IMG/VR virus record: IMGVR_UViG_2875713109_000005
From: a virus
Lineage: Duplodnaviria; Heunggongvirae; Uroviricota; Caudoviricetes
Length of the DNA: 40,475 nucleotides
Reading direction: 5' to 3' (one strand)
Below, one piece after another: positions 1 to 10,130 of the stretch (positions are counted from its first letter, which is position 1; each line of letters begins with the position of its first letter). Both the position numbers and the translations under genes were made by a program. The notes beneath the pieces were generated by a model. That model was not told where the DNA came from. It ran no database searches and was given only the letters and a program-made list of their open reading frames with translations.

Positions 1-318
1 ATGATGCAATCTGCGGGCATTGTCGCTAATGATGTTACTGTCACCTGGCGTAACGGGCACACAGCACTGCGCGATGCATCCTTCACAGTACCAAGTGGAT
101 CTATTGCCGCTCTGGTTGGGGTAAACGGTTCCGGAAAATCGACGTTGTTTAAAGCGATTATGGGATTTGTGCGTCTGACCAGCGGAAAGATATCTGTTCT
201 GGGTATTCCCACGCGACAGGCGCTACAGAAAAACCTGGTTGCCTACGTCCCTCAGTCAGAAGAGGTTGACTGGTCATTTCCTGTACTAGTGGAAGATGTG
301 GTGATGATGGGCCGCTAA
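1..318 (+). pseudogene. sitB: Truncated second copy of sitB (5' 105 codons of the Mn/Fe ABC transporter ATPase gene)
   Basis: Translation almost identical to the N-terminus of the intact SitB at 6957-7784, including Walker [11 protein letters not shown] few nucleotide differences; similarity ends near 312 and a stop follows at 316-318. Confidence 0.6.
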
Positions 319-488
319 TGGGCGATAGACTATCTTTAATTTCTCGCTCATACATCCTTGCTTTATGAATAAAACGCACCCCAGCAGCCAGTGCTACTGG
401 GGGCGGAGGTGTTGCTGGTAAAGTTAGGTATTGGATCAATGAGTGAGTCAACATAATATTAAACTCACAATTATAAATCAGCCATATA

Positions 489-1964
489 TTAGGAGCGCCA
501 AAAAAAACCTGAAAACAATATAATAACAGGATAAATTTCAAGGCGACCAAGAATCATAGCTATGCACATTAAATATTTTGCAATGTCATTAAGCACTCCG
601 AATGACGATGCAGTAGCCCCAAAACCTAATCCCATATTATTAATACATGCAGCCACTGTTGCAAATGATGTAAGAAAATCATATCCCATACCATTTAACA
701 CCAGTATAAAAAACACCGTGAAGAGAGTATAAAGAAAAAAGAAACTCCATACAGACCTCATTACACGATCTGTAACTATCTTCCCTCCTACATTTACACT
801 CAACAACGCTCTGGGATGAGAAAGCTGATTTATCTCGTGTTTGCTTTGTTTGAAAAGTATAAGAAATCGAAGTGACTTAATTCCACCACAAGTTGAACCT
901 ATACATCCCCCAAAGAAACTTGACAACAGCAAAAACACTATCGTGTGCGTGGGCCAGCTTGCATAATCCTGCGTAGCTAAACCATTATCAGTGAGCATGG
1001 AGCTGGCAAGAAAAAACGAATGAATAAAACTTCCATGCAAGTCATACATACCTATATGCCAGACCTGGAAAGAGGTAACAATGATCACCCCTAAGGCTAT
1101 TAACAGAAAGAAACGAAGTTCAATATCTCTGATTAAAGGTTTTATCGTTTTCCTGCTAATAACAATATACCAAAGAGTGAAGTTGAAAGCCGATAGCAGG
1201 GAAAAAGAACCAGCCACCAGCTCAACCAAATAGTTATTAAAATATCCGATACTCTCGCTATGAGTTGAGAAACCACCAAGCGAAACTGTGGAAATCCCGT
1301 GACAAATAGCATCAAACAAAGGCATTCCTGCAAGTCTATAACAGACAATACAAGCAATACCTAATAAAGAATAAGTTATCCACAGTGTCCGTGACGTATC
1401 GGCCAGGCGGGGAGTGAGTTTGTCATCCTTAAATGGCCCCGGCATTTCTGACTGATAAAGCTTTGCACCACCAATACCCAATAATGGCAATACAGCAACC
1501 GCCAGAACAATAACTCCTAAACCACCTATAAAATTTAACTGTGACCGATAGTACAAATATGCCCGAGGTAATGAACTAACATCATCAATTACAGTTGCTC
1601 CTGTTGTTGTTATTCCAGAAACCCCTTCAAACAGAGCATCAATGAACGTTAAATTAAGTTCTGAGTCAATCCATAAAGGGAATGCACTAATAACAGAAAA
1701 CAAAATCCAAAACATTACAATTATAATAAACCCATCACGGGTACGTAATTGAATGCCAGATTTCTTAGTTGTATACCACGCTCCGCCACCAATACAAAAA
1801 AATATAACGAAAGTTATAAAGAAAACGAACAGGCTTTTTTCTTTATAAAACAATGCTACAACCATTGGTGGCAACATTGAAAGACTATAGAGCCAAACCA
1901 GGAACCCACACATATGAGTAACAACTCTTACATGAGATGTATTCATATCTAAATATTCTTTCAA
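489..1964 (-). CDS. trkG: TrkH/TrkG-family potassium uptake membrane protein
   Basis: 491-aa polytopic membrane ORF with repeated glycine-rich pore-loop motifs (SGITTTGATV, LGGFS, GIKS). Lies just beyond the Rz/Rz1 genes as trkG does in Rac prophage. Recognised from memory. Confidence 0.8.
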   Translation of the reverse strand: MKEYLDMNTSHVRVVTHMCGFLVWLYSLSMLPPMVVALFYKEKSLFVFFITFVIFFCIGGGAWYTTKKSGIQLRTRDGFIIIVMFWILFSVISAFPLWIDSELNLTFIDALFEGVSGITTTGATVIDDVSSLPRAYLYYRSQLNFIGGLGVIVLAVAVLPLLGIGGAKLYQSEMPGPFKDDKLTPRLADTSRTLWITYSLLGIACIVCYRLAGMPLFDAICHGISTVSLGGFSTHSESIGYFNNYLVELVAGSFSLLSAFNFTLWYIVISRKTIKPLIRDIELRFFLLIALGVIIVTSFQVWHIGMYDLHGSFIHSFFLASSMLTDNGLATQDYASWPTHTIVFLLLSSFFGGCIGSTCGGIKSLRFLILFKQSKHEINQLSHPRALLSVNVGGKIVTDRVMRSVWSFFFLYTLFTVFFILVLNGMGYDFLTSFATVAACINNMGLGFGATASSFGVLNDIAKYLMCIAMILGRLEIYPVIILFSGFFWRS

Positions 1965-2083
1965 TTATAACCACCTTGCTGCAATATTATGATTATACTG
2001 TATAAAATTTAACTCCTCTTAGATCTTACTTCACTGTTCCTTATGAAACAATCATCAAAATGAATCATATTGTAGTTAAGATT

Positions 2084-2697
2084 TTACTTTAAACACTGTT
2101 CGGTTATGTATTGCTGAGCACCTTCAAGTTGGGCCTGCATCATTACCAGTCGTTCCCGGAGGGTGAAATAATCCCGTTCAGCGGTGTCTGCCAGTCGGGG
2201 GGAGGCTGCATTATCCACGCCGGAGGCGGTGGTGGCTTCACGCACTGACTGACAGACTGCTTTGATGTGCAACCGACGACGACCAGCGGCAACATCANNN
2301 NNNNNNNNNNNNNNNNNNTGTCTGCCAGTCGGGGGGAGGCTGCATTATCCACGCCGGAGGCGGTGGTGGCTTCACGCACTGACTGACAGACTGCTTTGAT
2401 GTGCAACCGACGACGACCAGCGGCAACATCATCACGCAGAGCATCATTTTCAGCTTTCGCATCAGCTAACTCCTTCGTGTATTTTGCATCGAGCGCAGCA
2501 ACATCACGCTGACGCATCTGCATGTCAGTAATTGCCGCGTTCGCCAGCTTCAGTTCTCTGGCATTTTTGTCGCGCTGCTCTTTGTAGGCGGTGGCGTTAT
2601 CACGGTAATGATTGACCGCCCACGACAGGCAGACGATGATGCAGATAACCAAAGCATAAATAATCGCGGCGACTCTGCTCACTGCTCTATCCCCCAA
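2084..2697 (-). CDS. Rz-type i-spanin (lysis), interrupted in this assembly by an N run and a flanking duplication
   Basis: N-terminal TM segment ([18 protein letters not shown]) then a coiled-coil region very similar to lambda Rz as recalled. Frame is broken by N 2298-2318 with 2186-2297 repeated at 2319-2430. Confidence 0.7.
2143..2295 (-). CDS. Rz1-type o-spanin lipoprotein embedded in the +1 frame of Rz
   Basis: Embedded frame encodes [45 protein letters not shown]: lipobox-like VVVGC plus a proline-rich tail as in lambda Rz1. The 5' end runs into the N gap. Confidence 0.6.
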   Translation of the reverse strand: MLPLVVVGCTSKQSVSQCVKPPPPPAWIMQPPPDWQTPLNGIISPSGNDW

Positions 2698-3212
2698 CAG
2701 GCTAATGCGCTTTCCTGGTCACGACGAATAACCTGTCCATAGCAGTTATTTGAACGTATGCGGCAATCGCGCCCACCATCTTTTATCCACCAGCGAATCG
2801 CCTCGCATGCGCCCTTACGATCACCGGCATTCAGCCGCTTATAAAACGTCGACGGGAAACACTTACCGGGGCCAATGTTATAGGGACAGAATGACGCTAT
2901 ACCCGCTTTTTGTGGTTCGGTCAGTGGTACTTTAATATTGCGCTCCACCCATGCCAGCGCCTTATCACGCTCAATGGCGTTGACCTGGTCGCATTTTTCC
3001 TTCGACAGTTTCATACCGGGAAAAACGGGTTTTCCATCCACCATCGTGGCACCCCGACAGATGGTCCAGATGCCGGACCCATCGCGGTATGCCGTTGTGT
3101 GGTTACCTTCTTTTTCATCCAGAAACTGGTCGAGAATATCAGGCGCGGGCGCACCGACGGCAATCAGTGCCAGAACGGCAGCCGACAGGCCGTATCTGAT
3201 TTTTGCGTTCAT
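2679..3212 (-). CDS. Phage endolysin, T4-lysozyme-like (GH24) with N-terminal signal-anchor-release (SAR) segment
   Basis: Hydrophobic, Gly/Ala-rich N-terminus ([16 protein letters not shown]) followed by an E-8aa-D-5aa-T catalytic pattern ([16 protein letters not shown]). Sits between holin and Rz. Confidence 0.8.
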   Translation of the reverse strand: MNAKIRYGLSAAVLALIAVGAPAPDILDQFLDEKEGNHTTAYRDGSGIWTICRGATMVDGKPVFPGMKLSKEKCDQVNAIERDKALAWVERNIKVPLTEPQKAGIASFCPYNIGPGKCFPSTFYKRLNAGDRKGACEAIRWWIKDGGRDCRIRSNNCYGQVIRRDQESALACWGIEQ

Positions 3213-3275
3213 GGATATTTATCAGGATTTATCGGTTTCTGCCCACGGACAGGTTTATCTGTTCCGGTCAGTGAC

Positions 3276-3626
3276 TTAAGGTTGTGATTCCGGAGGAGTC
3301 TTCAGAGAACCAGTAATTCTTCCCGGTAGCTTTCCTTTGTAGGTTATCCATACATTCTGCGCCTCTAAAATTACGGGGCGCTTTTCCGGCGACTGCTCAT
3401 CCCCTTCACATAACCCGGCAGCAACATCCAGGAAGACCTGTCTGATGCTCATTCTGGCTGCTGCCTCATAAAACTCCAGCGCGGCACCTTCAACACGGTC
3501 CAGCGAGATGTCCAGGTCAAAAATTTCACCGTCAAAGCGTTTTTTGTCCCGTAACGCTAAAGTTACCGTAACTTTATTCTCAAAATTGCGGATCCCTTTC
3601 ACAATCAGTTCATAGTTTTGAGTCAT
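3276..3626 (-). CDS. Hypothetical protein between holin and endolysin
   Basis: 116-aa ORF packed 4 nt after the holin stop and 63 nt before the endolysin start, same strand. No recognisable motif. Confidence 0.4.
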   Translation of the reverse strand: MTQNYELIVKGIRNFENKVTVTLALRDKKRFDGEIFDLDISLDRVEGAALEFYEAAARMSIRQVFLDVAAGLCEGDEQSPEKRPVILEAQNVWITYKGKLPGRITGSLKTPPESQP

Positions 3627-3630
3627 TGAA

Positions 3631-3846
3631 TTACTCTCCCCGTGCAGCCTTACGCTTGTCTTCTCTGATTTTGAAGTACAGATTTGTCAGATAAGTCAGG
3701 AAGCCCAGAACCAGACTCCCCAGCACACCAATCGCAGCCCACTGTGACGGACTGACCTGATCAAGCCACTGTAAAAACCAGTAGCCAGCACTGCCTGCGG
3801 AGGTGCCATAGGCAATGCCCGTTGAAATTTTGTCCATGGATTTCAT
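3631..3846 (-). CDS. Class II holin (S21/EssD-like) with dual-start motif
   Basis: 71 aa starting MKSM (Met1-Lys-Ser-Met4 dual start), two TM helices and a charged C-terminus ([13 protein letters not shown]). GGAGGTGA-type RBS upstream. Resembles DLP12 EssD as recalled. Confidence 0.8.
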   Translation of the reverse strand: MKSMDKISTGIAYGTSAGSAGYWFLQWLDQVSPSQWAAIGVLGSLVLGFLTYLTNLYFKIREDKRKAARGE

Positions 3847-3904
3847 AGCCTCACCTCCGCAAATAACGGATGGCGTAGTTTTACACTGAGAAATGAAAGG
3901 GATT

Positions 3905-3931
3905 TGAAAAGAAAAGCCCGCAAAAGCGGGC
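3905..3931 (-). terminator. Putative intrinsic terminator (minus strand) between the tRNA pair and the holin
   Basis: Hairpin GCCCGC-AAAA-GCGGGC at 3916-3931. On the minus strand it is followed by TTTTCTTTTC. Confidence 0.45.
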
Positions 3932-4138
3932 GAAACAATATATACAGTAAGGAAAGCACTCTATCCAACAAACCACCCACAGTTAATCGGAATAAAAGCA
4001 GAGTGCTTATGAATGATCGCCTGCCCGAAGGTTAGTATTTCTGCACAGCAATTTTGCAAAAAAAAGCGATCATTCATAACTTAAACGTCTTTCAGTCACT
4101 CCGGGATTTCCCATCATCGCAGACTGAAAGACTCTAAC

Positions 4139-4213
<75 letters not shown>

Positions 4214-4216
4214 ATA

Positions 4217-4292
<76 letters not shown>

Positions 4293-4728
4293 ATTGGTTC
4301 TTCAGGGGAGCGATATCACCGAGCGATATCACCGAGCAAAGAAGAGTTCCCCCTCAGAACCGTTTTCGATGATACAATTTAATATTCCAATCGCAACAAC
4401 ACTTTGCGTCAAGCTATGTAAATTTATTTATGTATTTTTATTTTATGTGAACATTTCACCTTCACTTAAAATATACGCGACAATATATAAACAAATTTAT
4501 TTTGAAGGCAATATTAAATGTCGTTTCTTATATCACACCACAATAACAACAAAACCCGCTTGATGGCGGGTTCTATTAAAGTTTAATTGCGCTTGATTCG
4601 CCTCGCGATACAGCTTTGCGAAGCGTAGCAAAATTGAAGCAGTTTATGCGTAAAAAATCAAGCCGTTTTTTGAGCGAATGATTCTCGCATGGGAATGTAT
4701 AGCGCATACTCAGCAACGGCCAACCAAT

Positions 4729-5444
4729 GGCTTTGTTGAATAAATCAGATTTCGGGTAAGTCTCCCCCGTAGCGGGTTGTGTTTTCAGGCAATACGCACG
4801 CTTTCAGGCATACCTGCTTTCGTCATTTTGTTCAGCGCTCGTACCAGGGCCATAGCCTCCGCAACCTGACCATCGTAGTCACGCAGCGTCAGTGAACCCC
4901 CGAACAGCTGTTTTACCCGGTACATCGCCGTTTCCGCTATCGAGCGACGGTTGTAATCTGTTGTCCATTTCCACCGCGCATTACTCCCGGTCATTCGCTG
5001 ATTAGCCACTGCACGGTTACGGTCTGCATATTCACCGGGCCAGTAACCCGCACCTTTTCGGGGAGGGATAAGNGCGCTGATTTTCTTACGCCGCAGTTCA
5101 TCGTGACAGAGCCGGGTGTCGTAAGCGCCGTCTGCCGATGCTGCCCTGATTTTTCTGTGAGTCTGCCGGATAAGACCCGGGAAGGCTTCTGAGTCCGTCA
5201 AAATGTTCAGAGACAGTTCTGAACAGATGATTTCATGTGTGTTGCTGTCAACTGCCAGATGCAACTTTCGCCATATACGACGGCGTTCCTGGCCATGCTT
5301 TTTGACTTTCCACTCGCCTTCACCAAAGACCTTCAGCCCGGTGGAATCAATCACCAGATGCGCGATTTCACCCCGGGTGAACGTTTTGAAACTGACGTTA
5401 ACCGACTTTGCCCGCCTGCTGACACAGCTGTAATCCGGGCAGCG
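4729..5444 (-). mobile_element. IS903 (IS5 family) 3' fragment with terminal inverted repeat
   Basis: Terminal repeat GGCTTTGTTGAATAAATCAGATTTCGGG starts at 4729. Encodes the transposase C-terminal region (DSTGLKVFGEGEWKVKKHGQERRRIW...AGMPESVRIA). Single N at 5073; ends at the N at 5445. Confidence 0.8.
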
Positions 5445-5445
5445 N

Positions 5446-5741
5446 AAAATCGTGTTGAGGCCAACGCCCATAATGCGGGCAGTTACCCGGCATCCAACGC
5501 CATTCATGGCCATATCAATGATTTTCTGGTGCGTACCGGGTTGAGAAGCGGTGTAAGTGAACTGCAGTTGCCATGTTTTACGGCAGTGAGAGCAGAGATA
5601 GCGCTGATGTCCGGCGGTGCTTTTGCCGTTACGCACCACCCCGTCAGTAGCTGAACAGGAGGGACAGCTGATAGAAACAGAAGCCACTGGAGCACCTCAA
5701 AAACACCATCATACACTAAATCAGTAAGTTGGCAGCATCAC
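5446..5741 (-). mobile_element. insA: IS1 left-end fragment (IRL plus 5' part of insA)
   Basis: IS1 terminal repeat GGTGATGCTGCCAACTTACTGAT in reverse complement ends at 5741. Encodes InsA N-terminus [40 protein letters not shown]. Joined to IS903 across the N at 5445. Confidence 0.8.
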
Positions 5742-5950
5742 CGATCCCTTCATTTAGTGACTGCCCCTGGGTTTTTCATGCTCTCCTGCGTCCTAGAGAA
5801 CTTGCCAATAACCTACATTATTTTTGCTTTGCCATTACCAATCGTCCTGAACAAGTTCATTTTAAAGCCAAAGCGCTGCCCAACTTTTATCCTCAATACC
5901 ACATCGTCAGCATGAAATAACCTAATCCCTGTGTTGGGATCTTATAATCG

Positions 5951-5969
5951 CTAATGATAATTATTTACA
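5951..5969. promoter_or_regulatory. Candidate Fur box upstream of sitA
   Basis: ctAATGATAATTATTtaca resembles the Fur consensus GATAATGATAATCATTATC. About 75-90 bp upstream of the sitA start. Confidence 0.45.
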
Positions 5970-5987
5970 TTTTATAGCTTCTGCTAT

Positions 5988-6010
5988 AAAACATAGTAGT
6001 TGCTATGTTT
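5988..6010. promoter_or_regulatory. Candidate MntR box (palindrome) upstream of sitA
   Basis: AAACATAG-N6-CTATGTTT perfect inverted repeat, matching the MntR-type palindrome. About 33 bp upstream of the sitA ATG. Confidence 0.5.
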
Positions 6011-6042
6011 ATTCTAATTTTGCTCACTATAGGTACTAAATC

Positions 6043-6957
6043 ATGCTCTCAATAAAAAAAGTAACCATGCTCTTGGGGTGCCTAGTCCTCACCTGCTCGA
6101 TAGCATTTCAGGCGAGTGCAGCTGAAAAATTCAAGGTCATTACAACTTTTACCATCATCGCAGATATGGCCAAAAACGTGGCTGGAGATGCTGCAGAAGT
6201 CTCATCCATAACCAAGCCTGGTGCAGAAATTCATGAGTATCAGCCTACCCCTGGCGATATTAAACGTGCGCAGGGGGCACAACTGATTCTCGCCAATGGT
6301 ATGAATCTGGAATTGTGGTTCCAACGCTTTTACCAGCATCTCAATGGGGTTCCAGAAGTAATTGTCTCTTCGGGTGTGACGCCAGTAGGGATCACCGAAG
6401 GGCCCTATGAGGGCAAACCTAACCCCCATGCCTGGATGTCGCCAGATAATGCTCTGATTTACGTCGATAATATTCGTGATGCGTTTATAAAATACGATCC
6501 GGCAAATGCACAAACCTACCAACGTAATGCCGATACTTATAAAGCCAAGATTACCCAAACCCTTGCCCCCCTGCGTAAGCAGATTGCGGAACTCCCTGAG
6601 AATCAGCGATGGATGGTCACCAGTGAAGGGGCTTTTTCTTATCTCGCACGCGATTTGGGGCTAAAAGAGCTTTATCTGTGGCCGATTAATGCCGATCAAC
6701 AAGGAACACCGCAGCAGGTACGTAAGGTTGTTGATATAGTTAAGAAAAATCATATCCCGGCAGTCTTTAGCGAGAGTACGATTTCCGATAAACCAGCGCG
6801 TCAGGTTGCGCGTGAAACCGGCGCGCACTACGGTGGTGTGCTCTATGTCGATTCCCTGAGCACAGAAAACGGCCCGGTACCTACGTATATCGACCTTCTG
6901 AAGGTTACTACCAGTACGCTGGTACAGGGAATTAAAGCCGGAAAAAGGGAGAAATAA
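6043..6957 (+). CDS. sitA: Mn(II)/Fe(II) ABC transporter periplasmic substrate-binding protein SitA
   Basis: 304 aa with signal peptide ([18 protein letters not shown]). Cluster-9 metal-binding protein by recall; first gene of a four-gene ABC operon with overlapping junctions. Confidence 0.9.
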   Translation: MLSIKKVTMLLGCLVLTCSIAFQASAAEKFKVITTFTIIADMAKNVAGDAAEVSSITKPGAEIHEYQPTPGDIKRAQGAQLILANGMNLELWFQRFYQHLNGVPEVIVSSGVTPVGITEGPYEGKPNPHAWMSPDNALIYVDNIRDAFIKYDPANAQTYQRNADTYKAKITQTLAPLRKQIAELPENQRWMVTSEGAFSYLARDLGLKELYLWPINADQQGTPQQVRKVVDIVKKNHIPAVFSESTISDKPARQVARETGAHYGGVLYVDSLSTENGPVPTYIDLLKVTTSTLVQGIKAGKREK

Positions 6958-7784
6958 TGATGCAATCTGCAGGCATTGTCGTTAATGATGTTACTGTCAC
7001 CTGGCGTAACGGGCACACAGCACTGCGCGATGCATCCTTCACAGTACCAGGCGGATCTATTGCCGCTCTGGTTGGGGTAAACGGTTCCGGAAAATCGACG
7101 TTGTTTAAAGCGATTATGGGATTTGTGCGTCTGACCAGCGGGAAGATATCTGTTCTGGGTATTCCCACACGACAGGCGCTACAGAAAAACCTGGTTGCCT
7201 ACGTCCCTCAGTCAGAAGAGGTTGACTGGTCATTTCCTGTACTGGTGGAAGATGTGGTGATGATGGGCCGCTATGGGCATATGGGTATGTTGCGTATCGC
7301 CAAAAAGAGGGATCGTCAGATTGTCACCGATGCGCTGGAACGTGTCGATATGGTGGATTTTCGCCATCGACAAATCGGCGAGCTTTCCGGTGGACAAAAG
7401 AAACGCGTCTTTCTGGCGAGAGCGATTGCACAGCAGGGTGATGTGATCCTGCTGGATGAACCTTTTACCGGCGTTGATGTGAAAACCGAAGCGAAAATCA
7501 TCAGCCTGTTGAGGGAGTTACGCGCGGAAGGCAAAACGATGCTTGTCTCAACGCACAATCTCGGATCCGTCACGACATTTTGCGATTATACGGTCATGGT
7601 CAAAGGCACCGTCCTGGCAAGCGGGCCGACAGACACCACTTTTACAGCCGAGAACCTGGAGCTGGCTTTTAGCGGCGTACTGCGCCATGTCACACTTAAC
7701 GGCTCGGAAGAAAGCATTATTACTGACGATGAACGCCCTTTTGTGGCACATCGACCGTCAGCGGTGCAGAGGGAAGAAAGATGA
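6957..7784 (+). CDS. sitB: Mn/Fe ABC transporter ATP-binding protein SitB
   Basis: Walker [13 protein letters not shown] signature LSGGQKKR, Walker B ILLDEP. Start overlaps the sitA stop. Confidence 0.9.
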   Translation: MMQSAGIVVNDVTVTWRNGHTALRDASFTVPGGSIAALVGVNGSGKSTLFKAIMGFVRLTSGKISVLGIPTRQALQKNLVAYVPQSEEVDWSFPVLVEDVVMMGRYGHMGMLRIAKKRDRQIVTDALERVDMVDFRHRQIGELSGGQKKRVFLARAIAQQGDVILLDEPFTGVDVKTEAKIISLLRELRAEGKTMLVSTHNLGSVTTFCDYTVMVKGTVLASGPTDTTFTAENLELAFSGVLRHVTLNGSEESIITDDERPFVAHRPSAVQREER

Positions 7785-8638
7785 ACGCGCTACTGGAACC
7801 CTTCAGCTATGAATATATGCTCAATGCGATGTGGGTCTCGGCGATGGTCGGCGGTCTCTGCGCTTTCCTGTCATGCTATCTGATGCTAAAAGGCTGGTCG
7901 CTGATTGGCGATGCGCTGTCGCACTCTATTGTCCCGGGTGTTGCGGGGGCATATATGCTGGGGCTTCCGTTTTCTCTGGGAGCCTTCTTTTCCGGCGGAC
8001 TGGCAGCGGGCAGCATGCTGTTTCTTAACCAACTCACTCGCTTAAAAGAAGATGCCATCATCGGCCTGATCTTCTCGTCCTTTTTTGGCCTGGGGCTGTT
8101 TATGGTGTCATTGAACCCGACATCCGTGAACATTCAGACCATCGTCCTGGGCAATATTCTGGCAATCGATCCGGCGGATATCCTGCAACTCACTATCATT
8201 GGCATTCTCTCGATCATCGTGCTTTTTTTCAAATGGAAAGATCTTATGGTGACCTTTTTCGACGAGAATCACGCCCGTGCTATTGGATTGCATCCGGGCA
8301 GATTAAAAATCCTCTTCTTCACCCTGCTGTCGGTTTCGACCGTTGCGGCGCTGCAAACGGTTGGTGCCTTTCTGGTGATCTGTCTGGTGGTGACTCCCGG
8401 TGCAACAGCATGGTTGTTAACCGATCGTTTTCCCCGCCTGCTCATGATTGCTGTAACTATTGGCAGTGTGACCAGTTTCCTCGGCGCGTGGGTCAGTTAC
8501 TTTCTGGACGGCGCGACAGGTGGAATCATCGTGGTGGCGCAGACACTGCTGTTTCTTTTAGCATTTGTCTTTGCGCCCACCCATGGGCTTTTGGCAAATC
8601 GTCGGCGTGCGCATAAAGCGCTGGAGGATCGCTCATGA
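7781..8638 (+). CDS. sitC: Mn/Fe ABC transporter permease SitC
   Basis: 285-aa polytopic membrane protein; 4-nt overlap with sitB. Confidence 0.9.
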   Translation: MNALLEPFSYEYMLNAMWVSAMVGGLCAFLSCYLMLKGWSLIGDALSHSIVPGVAGAYMLGLPFSLGAFFSGGLAAGSMLFLNQLTRLKEDAIIGLIFSSFFGLGLFMVSLNPTSVNIQTIVLGNILAIDPADILQLTIIGILSIIVLFFKWKDLMVTFFDENHARAIGLHPGRLKILFFTLLSVSTVAALQTVGAFLVICLVVTPGATAWLLTDRFPRLLMIAVTIGSVTSFLGAWVSYFLDGATGGIIVVAQTLLFLLAFVFAPTHGLLANRRRAHKALEDRS

Positions 8639-9492
8639 TGGCATTATTACTGGAGCCACTGCAGTTCACCTTTATGAGTCACGCACTGCTGATTTCACTG
8701 GTAGTTTCCATACCCTGTGCGCTGCTGTCGGTCTTTCTGGTCCTGAAAAGTTGGGCACTGATGGGTGACGCGATGAGTCATGCGGTTTTTCCTGGCATCG
8801 TGCTTGCCTGGATTCTGGGGTTACCTCTGGCTACAGGGGCATTCGTCGCCGGAGTATTCTGTGCGGTGGCGACGGGATACCTGAAAGACAACAGCCGAAT
8901 CAAGCAAGATACAGTGATGGGGATTGTTTTTTCTGGCATGTTTGCCGCAGGTCTGATCTTGTATATTGCAGTCAAACCAGACGTACATCTTGATCATATT
9001 CTTTTCGGCGACATGCTCGGGATAACCATCGGCGATATAATCCAGACGGTGATTATTGCCGGACTGGTTACACTTGTTATTAGCGTAAAATGGCGGGATT
9101 TTTTGCTGTTCAGCTTTGATTATCAACAGGCGCAGGCAAGCGGTTTGCATACGAGATGGCTGCATTATGGGCTGCTGTGCATGGTCTCCCTGACCATTGT
9201 GGCGACGCTGAAAGCGGTAGGTATCATTCTCTCTATTTCTCTTCTCATTGCGCCTGGTGCCATTGCGGTACTCCTGACACAACGCTTTCATATTGCGCTC
9301 CTGCTGGCGACTGGCATATCGATATTGGTCTCAATGACTGGTGTCTGGCTGTCCTTTTTTATCGACAGCACGCCAGCTCCGACAATTGTTGTCTTATTCG
9401 CGGTCATGTTCATCATGACGTTTACCGTTACCAGCATCAACGCACGCACAAAGGAAAATGCCGAACCACGGGATTTGTTATCATCCGATTAG
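8635..9492 (+). CDS. sitD: Mn/Fe ABC transporter permease SitD
   Basis: 285-aa polytopic membrane protein paralogous to SitC; 4-nt overlap with sitC. Confidence 0.9.
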   Translation: MMALLLEPLQFTFMSHALLISLVVSIPCALLSVFLVLKSWALMGDAMSHAVFPGIVLAWILGLPLATGAFVAGVFCAVATGYLKDNSRIKQDTVMGIVFSGMFAAGLILYIAVKPDVHLDHILFGDMLGITIGDIIQTVIIAGLVTLVISVKWRDFLLFSFDYQQAQASGLHTRWLHYGLLCMVSLTIVATLKAVGIILSISLLIAPGAIAVLLTQRFHIALLLATGISILVSMTGVWLSFFIDSTPAPTIVVLFAVMFIMTFTVTSINARTKENAEPRDLLSSD

Positions 9493-9680
9493 CAGAACAC
9501 TCGGCCAGCAACATCCGCTTATTGGCGATGCGCTTGAACGAATAATGCACAGACTTATGATTCTGATAAGTTTTGTTGCCAGAGAGTTGCTGCGGACTGG
9601 ATAGCAAGTAATGTCGATTCTCAGGGGTAGCAAACAGCGCAGTAAAATGAGGGAAGTAGTGGCAAAACATAGAGAAAATT

Positions 9681-9985
9681 GGGGGGCGAGGGCCAGTGAT
9701 GTAAAAAACCACGCTAAGAGTTTAATTAATTGTTTGTATTGAAGTTTAATGATCTTAACTCACCCTTAAGAATATCTTCCGGTAACGAAGACGTATAATG
9801 CCCCAGCATATTTATATGGCTATGTATCAGCAGCGATAATCTTGCCGGATGCTACTCCTCAGGAGTTTCTCCCGATTTGCGAAGATGTGACAACGCCTCC
9901 TGCATGTAAAGTGTGTTTCACAGCACAACCGCATTGGTCACCAGCCCCAGAGCACCTAGTTGATCTTCCTGCCCTTAACGGTAGC
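9681..9985 (-). mobile_element. Degenerate Tn3-family transposon end: 38-bp terminal repeat plus decayed 3' end of a tnpA-like gene
   Basis: GGGGGGCGAGGGCCAGTGATGTAAAAAACCACGCTAAG at 9681-9718 matches the Tn3 IR at 25 of 38 positions by eye. 9860-9990 resembles the 3' end of tnpA at 15235-15340 but carries in-frame stops. Confidence 0.5.
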
Positions 9986-9986
9986 T

Positions 9987-10130
9987 GAAGATGACTGGGC
10001 TGGATGGAAAATCCTGCATGGTGCATTGGGAGAGCAGATAGAATTGGTTGGCGACGATCTGTTTGTGACCAACGTAAAGTATATTCAGCGCGGCATTGAC
10101 GAAAACCTTGCAATCCTTTGTGTATCATTA
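9987..10130 (+). pseudogene. Enolase gene fragment (C-terminal-region codons only)
   Basis: Encodes [40 protein letters not shown], containing the conserved enolase block [10 protein letters not shown]. Diverged from E. coli eno as recalled; no start and no remainder of the gene. Confidence 0.5.

Noticed and set aside
1142-1357. 71-aa minus-strand ORF inside trkG
   Set aside because: Alternate frame within the TrkG coding sequence; hydrophobic translation is a by-product of the membrane-protein codons.
2750-3287. Plus-strand ORFs 2750-2935, 2910-3287 and 2938-3279
   Set aside because: They lie antisense to the well-supported endolysin gene, have no RBS and no recognisable motifs; treated as frame artefacts.
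4294-4563. 89-aa plus-strand ORF next to the tRNA pair
   Set aside because: Low-complexity, extremely AT-rich, no RBS, and it ends in a terminator-like hairpin; more likely non-coding spacer.
6202-9291. Antisense ORFs inside sitA-sitD (for example 6202-6558, 7316-7573, 8821-9291)
   Set aside because: All are opposite to or out of frame with the confidently identified sit genes; typical spurious ORFs.
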